Part shown: positions 1-11,520 of the stretch, piece by piece
Position numbering within the stretch: position 1 is the first letter of the stretch
Layout: each line of letters opens with the position of its first letter
Notes under the pieces: model-generated
Database searches by the model: none
Seen by the model: only the letters and a program-made list of their open reading frames with translations
Told to the model about the DNA's origin: nothing
Translations under genes and position numbers: made by a program
Assembly (NCBI GenBank): GCA_035575515.1
Contig: DATLXU010000136.1
Span: 14,850 to 78,849, forward strand
Source of the DNA: Blastocatellia bacterium
Lineage (GTDB): Bacteria; Acidobacteriota; Blastocatellia; UBA7656
DNA length: 64,000 bases
Reading direction: 5' to 3'

Positions 1-1205
1 CCCGTCAGCACGGAGATCAACAGGGTGAATAGCAGCACGAATCCGTCAATGCCGATTTCGTCGAGTCTCGGCAGCTTCGGAGGGTTCAACGCGATGAGCA
101 GCTTAATTCCCGCAAACGCAACCGCAAGCCCAAGCGCGCCGCCTGCGACGCCGAGCATAACGCTTTCCGTCAGCAACTGTCTTATCAATCGAGCGCGGCC
201 CGCGCCCAACGCTACGCGAATCGCAATCTCTTTTTGCCGCCGCGCCGCACGCGCCAAAAGCAGGTTCGCCACATTGGCGCACGCTATCAGCAGCACAAGC
301 CCGACCGCCACGAGCAGCAGAACGAACGCCGGTTTCATGTTGCCGACGATTTGCTGATGAAGCGGAACGAGCCTCACGCTGCGCCCGCGATTCGTTGCCT
401 GAAAGTCGCGCTCAAGCTGCCCGGCGATGTTCGTTAAATCCGCTTCGGCCTGATTTATGGGTACGTTCGGTTTGAGACGCCCGATGATTTGCAGGAAGCT
501 CCACTTGCGCTGCCCTGCTTCGGTTTTCAGCCGGTCGGGAGTTATGACGGAAGGCAAGCGAGCCGGGTCGCTTATGTCGAAAGACATCGGAATCCATATG
601 TCGTCATCGGCGAGTTTTTCGTCGTAAGGGGCAGGCGCGCGAAATTCTGGTCCCATCACTCCGATTACTTTGTAGTTGGCGCCGTTAATCATCAAATCTT
701 CGCCGATAACCTCTTTGCTCGCAGCAAACCGTCGCTTCCACAACCCATCGCTTATGATTGCAACGCGCTCAGCGCCCGCCTGATCTGCGTTCGAGGCGAA
801 GTTGTTGCCGAGCGCCTGCTTCACGCCAAGCACGTTGAAGAAGTTCGCTGAAACGAATGCGCCTTGAATGCGCTCCGGCACGTCGCCGCGACTTATGTTG
901 AAATCGTCATAAGAGTAGCTGGCCATCGCTTCAAGCGTGTTATTGCGGTCGCGGTAGTCCTTGAAGTCCAATATAGAAACCGGGCTGGTCGTCATCCCTT
1001 TGTTTACGTTCGTCCCCCACATAACGATGAGGCGGTCGGGTTCGTTGTAAGGGAGCGGGCGAAGCAGCACGGCGTTGACCACGCTGAAGATTGCAGTGTT
1101 AGCTCCAGTGCCAATCGCAAGCGCGAGTATGGCTACAATCGTCAGCACCTTATCCTTCATCAGCACCCTTAGGCCAAATCGAATATCTTTAAGAAAGTTC
1201 TCCAT
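1..1205 (-). CDS. FtsX-family ABC transporter permease (MacB/ADOP-like), N-terminal part; the gene continues beyond the window start
   Basis: Not in the ORF track because it runs off the edge. Reverse-complement translation from the ATG at 1205-1203 gives MENFLKDIRFGLRVLMKDKVLTIVAILALAIGTGANTAIFSVVNAVLLRPLPY..., an N-terminal TM helix followed by a MacB-like periplasmic domain. The frame stays open to coordinate 1. Confidence 0.7.
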   Translation of the reverse strand, partial: MENFLKDIRFGLRVLMKDKVLTIVAILALAIGTGANTAIFSVVNAVLLRPLPYNEPDRLIVMWGTNVNKGMTTSPVSILDFKDYRDRNNTLEAMASYSYDDFNISRGDVPERIQGAFVSANFFNVLGVKQALGNNFASNADQAGAERVAIISDGLWKRRFAASKEVIGEDLMINGANYKVIGVMGPEFRAPAPYDEKLADDDIWIPMSFDISDPARLPSVITPDRLKTEAGQRKWSFLQIIGRLKPNVPINQAEADLTNIAGQLERDFQATNRGRSVRLVPLHQQIVGNMKPAFVLLLVAVGLVLLIACANVANLLLARAARRQKEIAIRVALGAGRARLIRQLLTESVMLGVAGGALGLAVAFAGIKLLIALNPPKLPRLDEIGIDGFVLLFTLLISVLT

Positions 1206-1443
1206 AACTCCTCCAATGGAACAGCCCTGTCGCGCGCAACCTGACCTGAGCAAATGGATTATTCATATTTGCAGTTAAAGAAAGACCCAGGAGACGCATC
1301 AAACAAATCCTGCGCCAGTAAAATCGCAGAGCGCAATTTATCATTCAATGCTTCTAAAGGCAACGATGAAAAAAATGAGCCGGACGGTGAACCTTCTTCC
1401 AAATCCTCAAAGCATTTTTGATTTATAAAACGTCCATAATCTT

Positions 1444-2712
1444 TCAATCAGCATTGAGTATGGCGCTTCCAAGCGAGAGCAGGCTTGTTATAATCATTAT
1501 AGTGCCGCCGCCGATGAATACCCAAATCAGGCTGACATCGGCAACTATGCCAGCGAGCAGAAAAGACAGTGGCTCAAGCCCCGCAACGGCGAACATCATC
1601 AGACTCATCACGCGCCCAAGCATTCGCGGGTCGGCTGTCTCCTGCATCCACGAGAGTATCAAAATGTTTGCCAAGCCGCCTCCAAGTCCCATCAGGGCAA
1701 GCACTACAGCCGCCCAGATGACATGAGTGGCGAAACTGAGCATCGCAAGCCCAAGCCCTATCGTGAAAACGAGAGTAATGATTAACCTCCCGCGATGCTG
1801 TTTTATTCTTAATGAACCGGCGAGCAACATTCCTATTAACATCCCTGCGCCGAATGCGCCGAGCATCCATCCGAGTGCGCTCGCGCCTTCGTCGCCCCCG
1901 AATCTCTGCCTCGCCATGACGGCAAGGCCCACGGTCGAAGGACCGACAAATGAAAACTCTATCACGGAGACGTAAATCAACAATGGCCACACTATCTTGT
2001 GGTTAAAGGCGTAGCGCAGCCCATCGCCTATGCTCTTGATCAATCCTTCCGGCGTGGCAGACCTTATCGCGCCAGCTTGCGCGTCTTCTGCCGTCTCTTC
2101 GCGCCTGCGCTGCCTCATCAGCCACAGCGTTATGGCCGACAGAACGAAAGTGATGGCGTCAATGCCGAATGCCGCCGTAAGACTGACTGAAGTAATGACG
2201 ACCCCGGCAATCGGAGGACCTATTGACGCCATTAACCGCCTGGTTCCCCTGAGCAGCGCGTTTCCGGCGGGGAGATGGTCATTCATTATGAGCATTGGGA
2301 TTGCCGACATGTATGCCGGGTAGAAGAAGGCTTCGACTGAGCCGAATATCGCGCTGAGTACGTAAAGGTGCCAGAGTTGAGTTACGTTCAGATAAACGAT
2401 TAGCGTTATCAAAAGTGTAATGGCCGTGCGGAGAATATCAGAGCCGAGCATCAGCGTGCGCGGCGGGAAGCGGTCGCCCACAGCGCCGCCTATAAGCTGA
2501 AACAAAGCCTGCGACGCTCCTGCGACCATCAGCACAGTCCCAAGCGCCACGCCTGACCCGCTTACGTGCTGCACGAGCCAGTATAAGGCGACTAAATAAA
2601 ACTGATCGCCGAAAAGCGATATGCTCTGGCCGAGCCACAGCAATCGGAAATCGCGCACGGCAAGCGGCTGCCATAATGGCAACCGCCGCACGCGCTCAAC
2701 GGGAGCTTTCAC
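1444..2712 (-). CDS. MFS transporter
   Basis: 422-aa ORF with about 12 hydrophobic segments. It has an MFS-type loop (GAVGDRFPPRT) between TM2 and TM3 and an ATG start. Confidence 0.85.
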   Translation of the reverse strand: MKAPVERVRRLPLWQPLAVRDFRLLWLGQSISLFGDQFYLVALYWLVQHVSGSGVALGTVLMVAGASQALFQLIGGAVGDRFPPRTLMLGSDILRTAITLLITLIVYLNVTQLWHLYVLSAIFGSVEAFFYPAYMSAIPMLIMNDHLPAGNALLRGTRRLMASIGPPIAGVVITSVSLTAAFGIDAITFVLSAITLWLMRQRRREETAEDAQAGAIRSATPEGLIKSIGDGLRYAFNHKIVWPLLIYVSVIEFSFVGPSTVGLAVMARQRFGGDEGASALGWMLGAFGAGMLIGMLLAGSLRIKQHRGRLIITLVFTIGLGLAMLSFATHVIWAAVVLALMGLGGGLANILILSWMQETADPRMLGRVMSLMMFAVAGLEPLSFLLAGIVADVSLIWVFIGGGTIMIITSLLSLGSAILNAD

Positions 2713-2948
2713 TCTCGCACCTTCCTATTAATTTGATTGTTACTGCATAACACCGCGATCCGATGCTCACATGCCAATGTGAAGGCCGCTATAGAATACA
2801 AGTGAAACGTGAAAAGTGAAAAGCAAAAAAATGGCAGAGCGAGCCAGTATTTCATTGATTGTTCAAAAATACCTGATCAACCATTCGCAAACCATGCGGG
2901 GAGTTGGACGCAAAAATTTTCTTTACAACTTTTTCACTTTTCATTTTC

Positions 2949-6011
<3,063 letters not shown>

Positions 6012-6254
6012 GACAGGCCCATCGAACCGGGGCTATATTTTTTATGAATCTCAGGACAAGGCTCCCTTTGGCGCCGAATCAAATCCCACCTAAAGACGAA
6101 GGGATTCTATTGGCAGTTAATTACAAAGTCAAGCGTATCAATCTCCGCCATCGAAAGATCATCCGTAACGCATTAATACAAGCTGGAAAGATGAGCGCGA
6201 ACGCTTTTGCTCCAATCGCTGGATATACAGGTTAATAGCGGCACAGTTTGCGGC

Positions 6255-6270
6255 TGGCATATCTCTTGCA
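6255..6270 (+). promoter_or_regulatory. sigma-54 (-24/-12) promoter candidate
   Basis: TGGCAT-N5-TTGCA, with GG and GC 12 nt apart, lies 42 nt upstream of the ATG at 6312. An RBS GGAGGAG sits at 6296-6302. The site is divergent from the sigma-54 activator gene. Confidence 0.5.
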
Positions 6271-6311
6271 CTTTTCATTCGCGGATCATTTGGAATGGAG
6301 GAGAACGAACG

Positions 6312-6464
6312 ATGGGCATTTTTCAATTCTTGATATTTATCTTTTTCATACTCGTCTATGTCGGAATAGTAGGGATGCTAATAGCTCGCCTTATGGGGCG
6401 CAACGCGGCGCACCTTTTTCACAAAGGCGGCGAACGCAAGTCAGAGCTTCCGCTAAGAGGGTAA
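6312..6464 (+). CDS. small membrane protein (50 aa, single TM plus basic tail)
   Basis: Internal ATG of track ORF 6207..6464, preceded by a GGAGGAG RBS. Sequence is MGIFQFLIFIFFILVYVGIVGMLIARL... Confidence 0.45.
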   Translation: MGIFQFLIFIFFILVYVGIVGMLIARLMGRNAAHLFHKGGERKSELPLRG

Positions 6465-6468
6465 GTCT

Positions 6469-6795
6469 ATGGAGATGGAATTAAAGAACATTTCAGAAGA
6501 GGACCAGATACTGATTCGCACTCAGAACAGCGAATATCGCTTTTCGGTAACGGACCCGGAGGAGCGGCGCGGTCTGCTTTCGGGCGGTTCGCTTGGCGAC
6601 CGACAGCGCGATGCCGTGCTTGTCGGCATGCTTGGAATTACGGACGGTCTGAAAAGCGATATTTCCAGCTTGAAGACGGGTGGCCGCGCTCTGTTTTACC
6701 TCAAATCAAATTACGGCGTTGAGCGATTGATTACCTCTGTCATCACCGGCATCGCTCGCAAACAGGCGAGCGGAAACGAAAAGCGCGCGGCATAA
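6469..6795 (+). CDS. hypothetical protein (108 aa)
   Basis: Starts 4 nt after the upstream stop with an AGAGGG RBS. I recognise no motif. Confidence 0.5.
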   Translation: MEMELKNISEEDQILIRTQNSEYRFSVTDPEERRGLLSGGSLGDRQRDAVLVGMLGITDGLKSDISSLKTGGRALFYLKSNYGVERLITSVITGIARKQASGNEKRAA

Positions 6796-6866
6796 TCAAT
6801 CTCCCGCGCGCTTAATTCCCTTGAACATTCTAAAGTCGCCAAATCTTATACCGGAGGTGTGTTGAG

Positions 6867-7136
6867 ATGATTAAAGATAAAATGAAACGAACGCCCGCCA
6901 GCCGAGAAGAGAGCCTGACGACGCTCATGCGCGCAGCGGTCGAAGCGCGCACAAGGCTGAAGCGAACGCGCGAACGGCTCCGCGAGCTTGAAGCGAAGCT
7001 GCGCGGCGCGCGGCCAGTGCCTGACGATTACGACCGCAAACGCAACGAAGCGTTGCAGGACTATATTGACGCGACGGGTAAGGCGCGGGTCGCTAGAACA
7101 CGGTTAATCAAGCAACTCAAAGAACGCTCAGTCTGA
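6867..7136 (+). CDS. hypothetical basic coiled-coil protein (89 aa)
   Basis: A GGAGG RBS lies 8 nt upstream. The sequence is rich in Arg/Lys/Glu heptad-like repeats. Confidence 0.45.
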   Translation: MIKDKMKRTPASREESLTTLMRAAVEARTRLKRTRERLRELEAKLRGARPVPDDYDRKRNEALQDYIDATGKARVARTRLIKQLKERSV

Positions 7137-7157
7137 GAGCGCGAGGGGTTATCTCTT

Positions 7158-7403
7158 GTGGAGTGGCTAGGCTGGACGGCAGCAATCATTCTCGTCGTAA
7201 CTCTGTTCGCTCAGGTCAGAAAGAATCTCAAAGAAAAACGGCTCAAAGGCGTAAATCCCATGTTGTACTATGGGCAGGCCATTGCCTCGCTCTGTTTTAC
7301 GATCTACAGCATAAGCATCGGCTCGATAATCTTTGTCATCACTAACAGTCTCGTGTTGCTGAGTGCTATGATAGGCATCTACCTCGTGCACCGTTACCGG
7401 TGA
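7158..7403 (+). CDS. small 3-TM membrane protein, possibly PQ-loop/SemiSWEET-like
   Basis: GTG start, 81 aa, three hydrophobic helices. TM1 ends ...LFAQVRKNLKEKRLKGVNPMLYYGQ, resembling the PQ-motif region of SemiSWEETs. This assignment is tentative. Confidence 0.4.
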   Translation: MEWLGWTAAIILVVTLFAQVRKNLKEKRLKGVNPMLYYGQAIASLCFTIYSISIGSIIFVITNSLVLLSAMIGIYLVHRYR

Positions 7404-8164
7404 AAGAAGATTCGCAAGATGAACGGCGTTCGCAACTGATCATGATAGACAATCAATGGTACGACGAGCTTGGCGATGCGTGGTGGGATGAAGAAGGCGC
7501 GGTCGGTCCGCTGCATGAAATCAATCCCGCGCGCTTCGATTATTTCAAAAGTGTGCTCGGTCGCCTCGAAGGGTTGCAGGTTCTCGATGTCGGATGCGGC
7601 GGGGGGCTTTTAAGCGAATGCTTTGCCCGCGCGGGCGCGCAGGTTTCGGGCATTGATCTTTCGCATTCATCGCTCGTCGCGGCTGCCCGCCACAGCCGCG
7701 CAAATGGTCTTTCGATTGATTACGTGAATGCGAGCGGCGGGCGATTGCCTTTTCTCGATTCATCTTTTGATGCTGTCGTTGCGGCAGATTTTCTCGAACA
7801 CGTGTCAGACCTCAATTCGGTAATTGCAGAATGCGCCCGCCTGCTCAAGCCTTCTGGCATATTTCTCTACGACACAATCAACCGGACGCTGAAGGCGCGA
7901 GTCGTAGCAGTCTGGTTTATGGAACAAGTGCTCGGCGTTATACCCAGGCGCACTCACGATCCTCGATTGTTCATCAAGCCTGCTGAGCTTCATCAAGCTA
8001 TGGCGCGGCACGGGCTTGTGAATTGCGAGACTCACGGCCTCAGCCCCGCGCGAGGCAAGCTGGCCGCGTTCGTTTCTCTAATCAGGCGAGGTCGCACAGG
8101 TCCTTTCAGAATCACGGACGACACGGCGATCTCTTATGTAGGATACAGCCGAAAGATCGAATGA
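7400..8164 (+). CDS. UbiG-like class I SAM-dependent O-methyltransferase
   Basis: Carries WWDEEGAVGPLHEINPARFDYF, VLDVGCGGGLL, FLYDTINRT and THDPRLFIKPAEL motifs. The GTG start overlaps the upstream stop (GTGA). Confidence 0.8.
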   Translation: MKEDSQDERRSQLIMIDNQWYDELGDAWWDEEGAVGPLHEINPARFDYFKSVLGRLEGLQVLDVGCGGGLLSECFARAGAQVSGIDLSHSSLVAAARHSRANGLSIDYVNASGGRLPFLDSSFDAVVAADFLEHVSDLNSVIAECARLLKPSGIFLYDTINRTLKARVVAVWFMEQVLGVIPRRTHDPRLFIKPAELHQAMARHGLVNCETHGLSPARGKLAAFVSLIRRGRTGPFRITDDTAISYVGYSRKIE

Positions 8165-8874
8165 TGCTCACGCCAGAAAGACTTTATGAAGAAGAACTGC
8201 TCGATGCGGGAGCGGGCACGGATGAGGACGTCAGGCGGAACCTCAAAGACCTGCGCCGCGTCAATCGCTATCTCGGCGGAACAAAGACCGTTCTTCGCGC
8301 GCTCTCTTCAATCATCGAGCGAGAGAAGATAGAAGAGTTGTCGTTGCTCGATGTGGGAACAGGCTCGGCAGACATACCGACGGCTGTGGTCGAGTGGTGC
8401 GGGGCGCGCGGCATCGAGTCATTCATAGCCGCCCTTGACATAAGCGAGCGCAACCTGAGAATCGCGCGAACGAGGTTGGGCATAAGCTCTGAAGTAAAAT
8501 TAATCCGCGCTGACTCGTTAAAGCTGCCGTTTGGTGACCGCAGCTTTGATTTCATGACGGCTTCGCTCTTCATGCATCACTTTCGCGATGAAGACGTAGT
8601 GCGTTTGCTTCGAGACTTCGCTCGCGTGGCTCGTCGCGCGATTATAATAAATGATCTTGTGCGCAATCTGATTCCTTATTACTTTGCGAAGCTGACGGGA
8701 CCGCTACTTGCGACAAGCTTTTTGACTCGCAACGATGGACCTGTGTCTGTGCTGCGAGGCTTCACGGCTGATGAGTTAAAACAACTAGCTGAGCGCGCAG
8801 GCTTGCGACGCTTCACCGTGCGGCGCGTGTTTCCTTATCGTTTGCTCTTGATTGCAGAAAACAGTAGGCAGTAG
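8161..8874 (+). CDS. class I SAM-dependent methyltransferase
   Basis: The ATG at 8161 overlaps the upstream stop (ATGA). It has the LLDVGTGSADIP SAM-binding motif. The track ORF start at 8023 is an in-frame upstream extension. Confidence 0.75.
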   Translation: MMLTPERLYEEELLDAGAGTDEDVRRNLKDLRRVNRYLGGTKTVLRALSSIIEREKIEELSLLDVGTGSADIPTAVVEWCGARGIESFIAALDISERNLRIARTRLGISSEVKLIRADSLKLPFGDRSFDFMTASLFMHHFRDEDVVRLLRDFARVARRAIIINDLVRNLIPYYFAKLTGPLLATSFLTRNDGPVSVLRGFTADELKQLAERAGLRRFTVRRVFPYRLLLIAENSRQ

Positions 8875-8958
8875 GCTGAATGGAGATTGCCTTGAAAATG
8901 GCTTCCAGAGCCTGTTTCAAGCCATTCGGCTTTTCCTAACTGCTTACTGCCTGCTGCC
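8861..8958. mobile_element. MITE-like element: TIRs ACAGTAGGCAGTAGGCTG / CTGCTTACTGCCTGCTGCC flanking a 38-bp palindrome
   Basis: The left TIR supplies the last codons and the TAG stop of the methyltransferase at 8161-8874. The internal palindrome at 8888-8925 recurs at 57591-57628, and the TIR recurs at 35381-35504. Confidence 0.5.
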
Positions 8959-8974
8959 CACGGCCTACTGTTTT

Positions 8975-10138
8975 ATGAGCGATCACGATGTAATTATAAT
9001 CGGCGGCGGGCCTGCCGGTTCGTCGGCTGCGACAAGGCTGGCCGAAGCTGGCCTTCGCGTGCTCTTGCTCGAAGAGAAGCGCATGCCGCGCGGCAAGCTT
9101 TGCGGGGAATACATCACGCCGGAATGTTTCCCGACGCTTCACAGGCTCAAAGTGATGGAGCGGATCGTTGAGGCAGGAGCGCAGAAGATTACGCGGCTGA
9201 GCCTCGTCGTTTCAAAAGACAGGATTGTTCAAACTCCAATCTCAAAAATGTCTGATGTCGCAGAGTATGCTTTGAGCCTGAGCCGCGCGCGATTCGATCA
9301 TCTGTTGTTTGAAAGAGCGCGCGAGGTCGGCGCGAGTTGTCTGGAGTCAATCGCGGTGAAGCAATGCGTATTTGAGAACGGAGCGGCGATTGGGGTTGAA
9401 GCTCTGTCGCTTGAAGATGGCAATCCGGTTCGATTCGATGCGCCTCTGATAGTCGACGCATCGGGCCGAAACTCGCGATTGACTGTTCGCCGGGACGAGC
9501 GAGCCGTGGGGCGACGAGGCTCGCGGCTCTACGCGCTAAAGGCTCATCTCTCTGGCGTTGAGGGAGTCAAAGAACAGGTTGAACTCTATTTTTTCAGCCA
9601 AGGTTATGGAGGACTCTCGCTTGTCGAAGATGGGCTGGTGAACCTGTGCTTCATTGCAAGTGAAAGCACGGTGAGAGAGCTTCACGGCGACGCCCAAAAA
9701 ATTATGGGGCAGACAGTTATGACAAACAGCCTTGCGCGCGAACGGTTGCATAGCGCCGAGGTCGCGGGCAAGTGGTTCAGCGTCGGGCCGCTCGCGTTTG
9801 GGCGAAGGCGGCTCTCACAAGATGGCATAATCGCGATTGGAGATGCTTCGGGGATGATTGATCCGTTCACCGGCACGGGGATTCAAATTGCGTTGCGAAG
9901 CGGCGAGATTGCCGCCGAAGCAATCATCGAATCCTTCAGTCAAAAGGCGATGCGACTTCGAGAAGAGGTGCTGGCTCGATACAAAGCGGGCTATGAGCGC
10001 GAGTTCGGAAAGCGTATGCAGGTCGCGGGCCTGCTTCGGCGCGTGGTCTTTTCGCCGCGCGTTGCGCGCGTCATCGCAGGCGTTATGTCTCGGTCGCCAC
10101 GCCTGACTCAAATGATGCTGCGGGCAACGCGGAAGTGA
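8975..10138 (+). CDS. geranylgeranyl-reductase-family FAD-dependent oxidoreductase
   Basis: First ATG in the track ORF. The N-terminus VIIIGGGPAGSSAATRLAEAGLRVLLLE is a FAD dinucleotide fold, and a KLCGE motif is present. Length is 388 aa. Confidence 0.8.
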   Translation: MSDHDVIIIGGGPAGSSAATRLAEAGLRVLLLEEKRMPRGKLCGEYITPECFPTLHRLKVMERIVEAGAQKITRLSLVVSKDRIVQTPISKMSDVAEYALSLSRARFDHLLFERAREVGASCLESIAVKQCVFENGAAIGVEALSLEDGNPVRFDAPLIVDASGRNSRLTVRRDERAVGRRGSRLYALKAHLSGVEGVKEQVELYFFSQGYGGLSLVEDGLVNLCFIASESTVRELHGDAQKIMGQTVMTNSLARERLHSAEVAGKWFSVGPLAFGRRRLSQDGIIAIGDASGMIDPFTGTGIQIALRSGEIAAEAIIESFSQKAMRLREEVLARYKAGYEREFGKRMQVAGLLRRVVFSPRVARVIAGVMSRSPRLTQMMLRATRK

Positions 10139-10309
10139 AAGGCGAATAGTGAAGAAGGGAAGAGATCGTATTCACACTTTCTGCAGATGACTTTTCCTGA
10201 TGCGCTATACACTCTTAATTTTCTATCCACATTTTGGAACTTTTCGCCCGCCCGCGCGTGCTTGAAGGCGGAACAAATCTTTTCCCGCAAAACTCCAGGA
10301 GGTGCGCAG

Positions 10310-11338
10310 ATGCTTAGACGTTTTTATTTAATCACATCGCTTGCGACGGCGCTTGCCGTTGGCTTAGTGGTCGCACACGGCGAGACGGCCCAGAAGGACA
10401 AGCAGAAGGAAAAGGAAAAGACCGAAGAGAAGGAGAAGGATAAAGAGAAACCATTTTTCGTCTATGGCGATGGGCCGCGGGTCTTCGCCATAAACTCTAT
10501 GTTCGGGGAAGGCAGCTATCTCGGTGTATTTCTTGAAGACGTGACGCCCGAACGCATGAAGGAATTGGGGCTTTCGGAAGAGCGCGGCGCGGTCATAATG
10601 AAAGTTGTCAAAGGCAGCCCAGCCGAGCGTGCAGGGTTGAAAGAGAATGACGTCGTGGTCTCTTACAACGGGCGGAGAATTGACAGCGTGCGCGAGTTTC
10701 AGCGATTGCTCTCGGAAACTCCTGCGGGCCGCAACGTGACCATCGAAGTCATTCGCGGGGGAAGCCATCAAACAGTTGCGGCGACCTTGAGCAAGAACAC
10801 GCCGAGCACGACTTGGATCAGGCCCGAGTTCAACGATGAGTTCTGGAAGAAGAACGAAGAAGCGTTGAAGAGAGCCGAAGAAGCCAGGAAGCTGTCGGAA
10901 GAGAAGATGAAAGAGCTTCAGGAAAAGTGGAAAAAGAACCCGCCTGATTTCGGCAGCTTCGCTTTCGACGCGCCGGGCCGCTACATGTTCTTCAGCGGCA
11001 AGCGCATGGGCATAGGCGTTGAATCGCTGACACCGCAACTGGCCGAGTTCTTCGGAGTGAAGGATGGCAAAGGCGTTCTCGTGACCGAAGTCGAAGAGAA
11101 CAGCCCGGCTGCCAAAGCTGGAGTCAAAGCGGGCGACGTGATAACTGCGATTGATAACGAGCCGGTTGATAGCGTTCGCTCACTGATGAGCGCGATGTCG
11201 AAAAAACAGGAGGGCACGGTAACTCTTTCGGTGCTACGCAACCGCGCCGAGCAAACCTTCACGCTCACAATTGAAAAGCGCGAAGTGCCGCGCGCGCCGC
11301 GCGCAAGGTTGAGCGCCCGCGCTGGAGCTTTTATTTAG
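10310..11338 (+). CDS. secreted PDZ-domain protein (two PDZ-like segments, K/E-rich linker)
   Basis: A GGAGG RBS precedes the ATG at 10310. It has a signal-peptide-like N-terminus and two PDZ segments (VKGSPAERAGLKENDVV and VEENSPAAKAGVKAGDVI). Confidence 0.75.
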   Translation: MLRRFYLITSLATALAVGLVVAHGETAQKDKQKEKEKTEEKEKDKEKPFFVYGDGPRVFAINSMFGEGSYLGVFLEDVTPERMKELGLSEERGAVIMKVVKGSPAERAGLKENDVVVSYNGRRIDSVREFQRLLSETPAGRNVTIEVIRGGSHQTVAATLSKNTPSTTWIRPEFNDEFWKKNEEALKRAEEARKLSEEKMKELQEKWKKNPPDFGSFAFDAPGRYMFFSGKRMGIGVESLTPQLAEFFGVKDGKGVLVTEVEENSPAAKAGVKAGDVITAIDNEPVDSVRSLMSAMSKKQEGTVTLSVLRNRAEQTFTLTIEKREVPRAPRARLSARAGAFI

Positions 11339-11363
11339 ATTTTTAGATCAGTCTGCTTCCATC

Positions 11364-11398
11364 GGGGAGGCGCGGACTAGCGCCTCCCTTTTTTCTTT
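11364..11398 (+). terminator. rho-independent terminator
   Basis: GGGAGGCGC-GGACTA-GCGCCTCCC hairpin followed by TTTTTTCTTTTC. Confidence 0.6.
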
Positions 11399-11430
11399 TC
11401 AGGCGACTGCTTGAGGATAGCGAGAGCGAG

Positions 11431-11465
11431 GATTTGAAATATGAGATTTGAGATTTGAAATAAAC
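11431..11465. repeat. short direct repeats GATTTGAAAT / GAGATTTGA x3 upstream of the K-channel gene
   Basis: GGATTTGAAATATGAGATTTGAGATTTGAAATAAAC. Confidence 0.5.
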
Positions 11466-11520
11466 GGGGATTGCCTCAATTCTCGCGCGAGGATAACATT
11501 ACTCATCGCGCGTTAATCTT

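Noticed and set aside
1259-1447. 62-aa minus-strand ORF between the MFS and ADOP genes.
   Set aside because: It starts with TTG overlapping the MFS stop and lies in an AT-rich spacer with internally duplicated low-complexity sequence. It looks like a terminator or regulatory region rather than a gene.
8023-8974. Upstream extensions of track ORFs 8023..8874 and 8852..10138.
   Set aside because: The extensions begin at non-ATG codons and overlap the preceding genes. The first ATGs (8161 and 8975) give canonical N-termini; a FAD fold starts at residue 6.
10364-11268. Minus-strand ORFs 10364..11038 and 10981..11268 opposite the PDZ gene.
   Set aside because: Antisense to a gene with a strong RBS, signal peptide and PDZ motifs.
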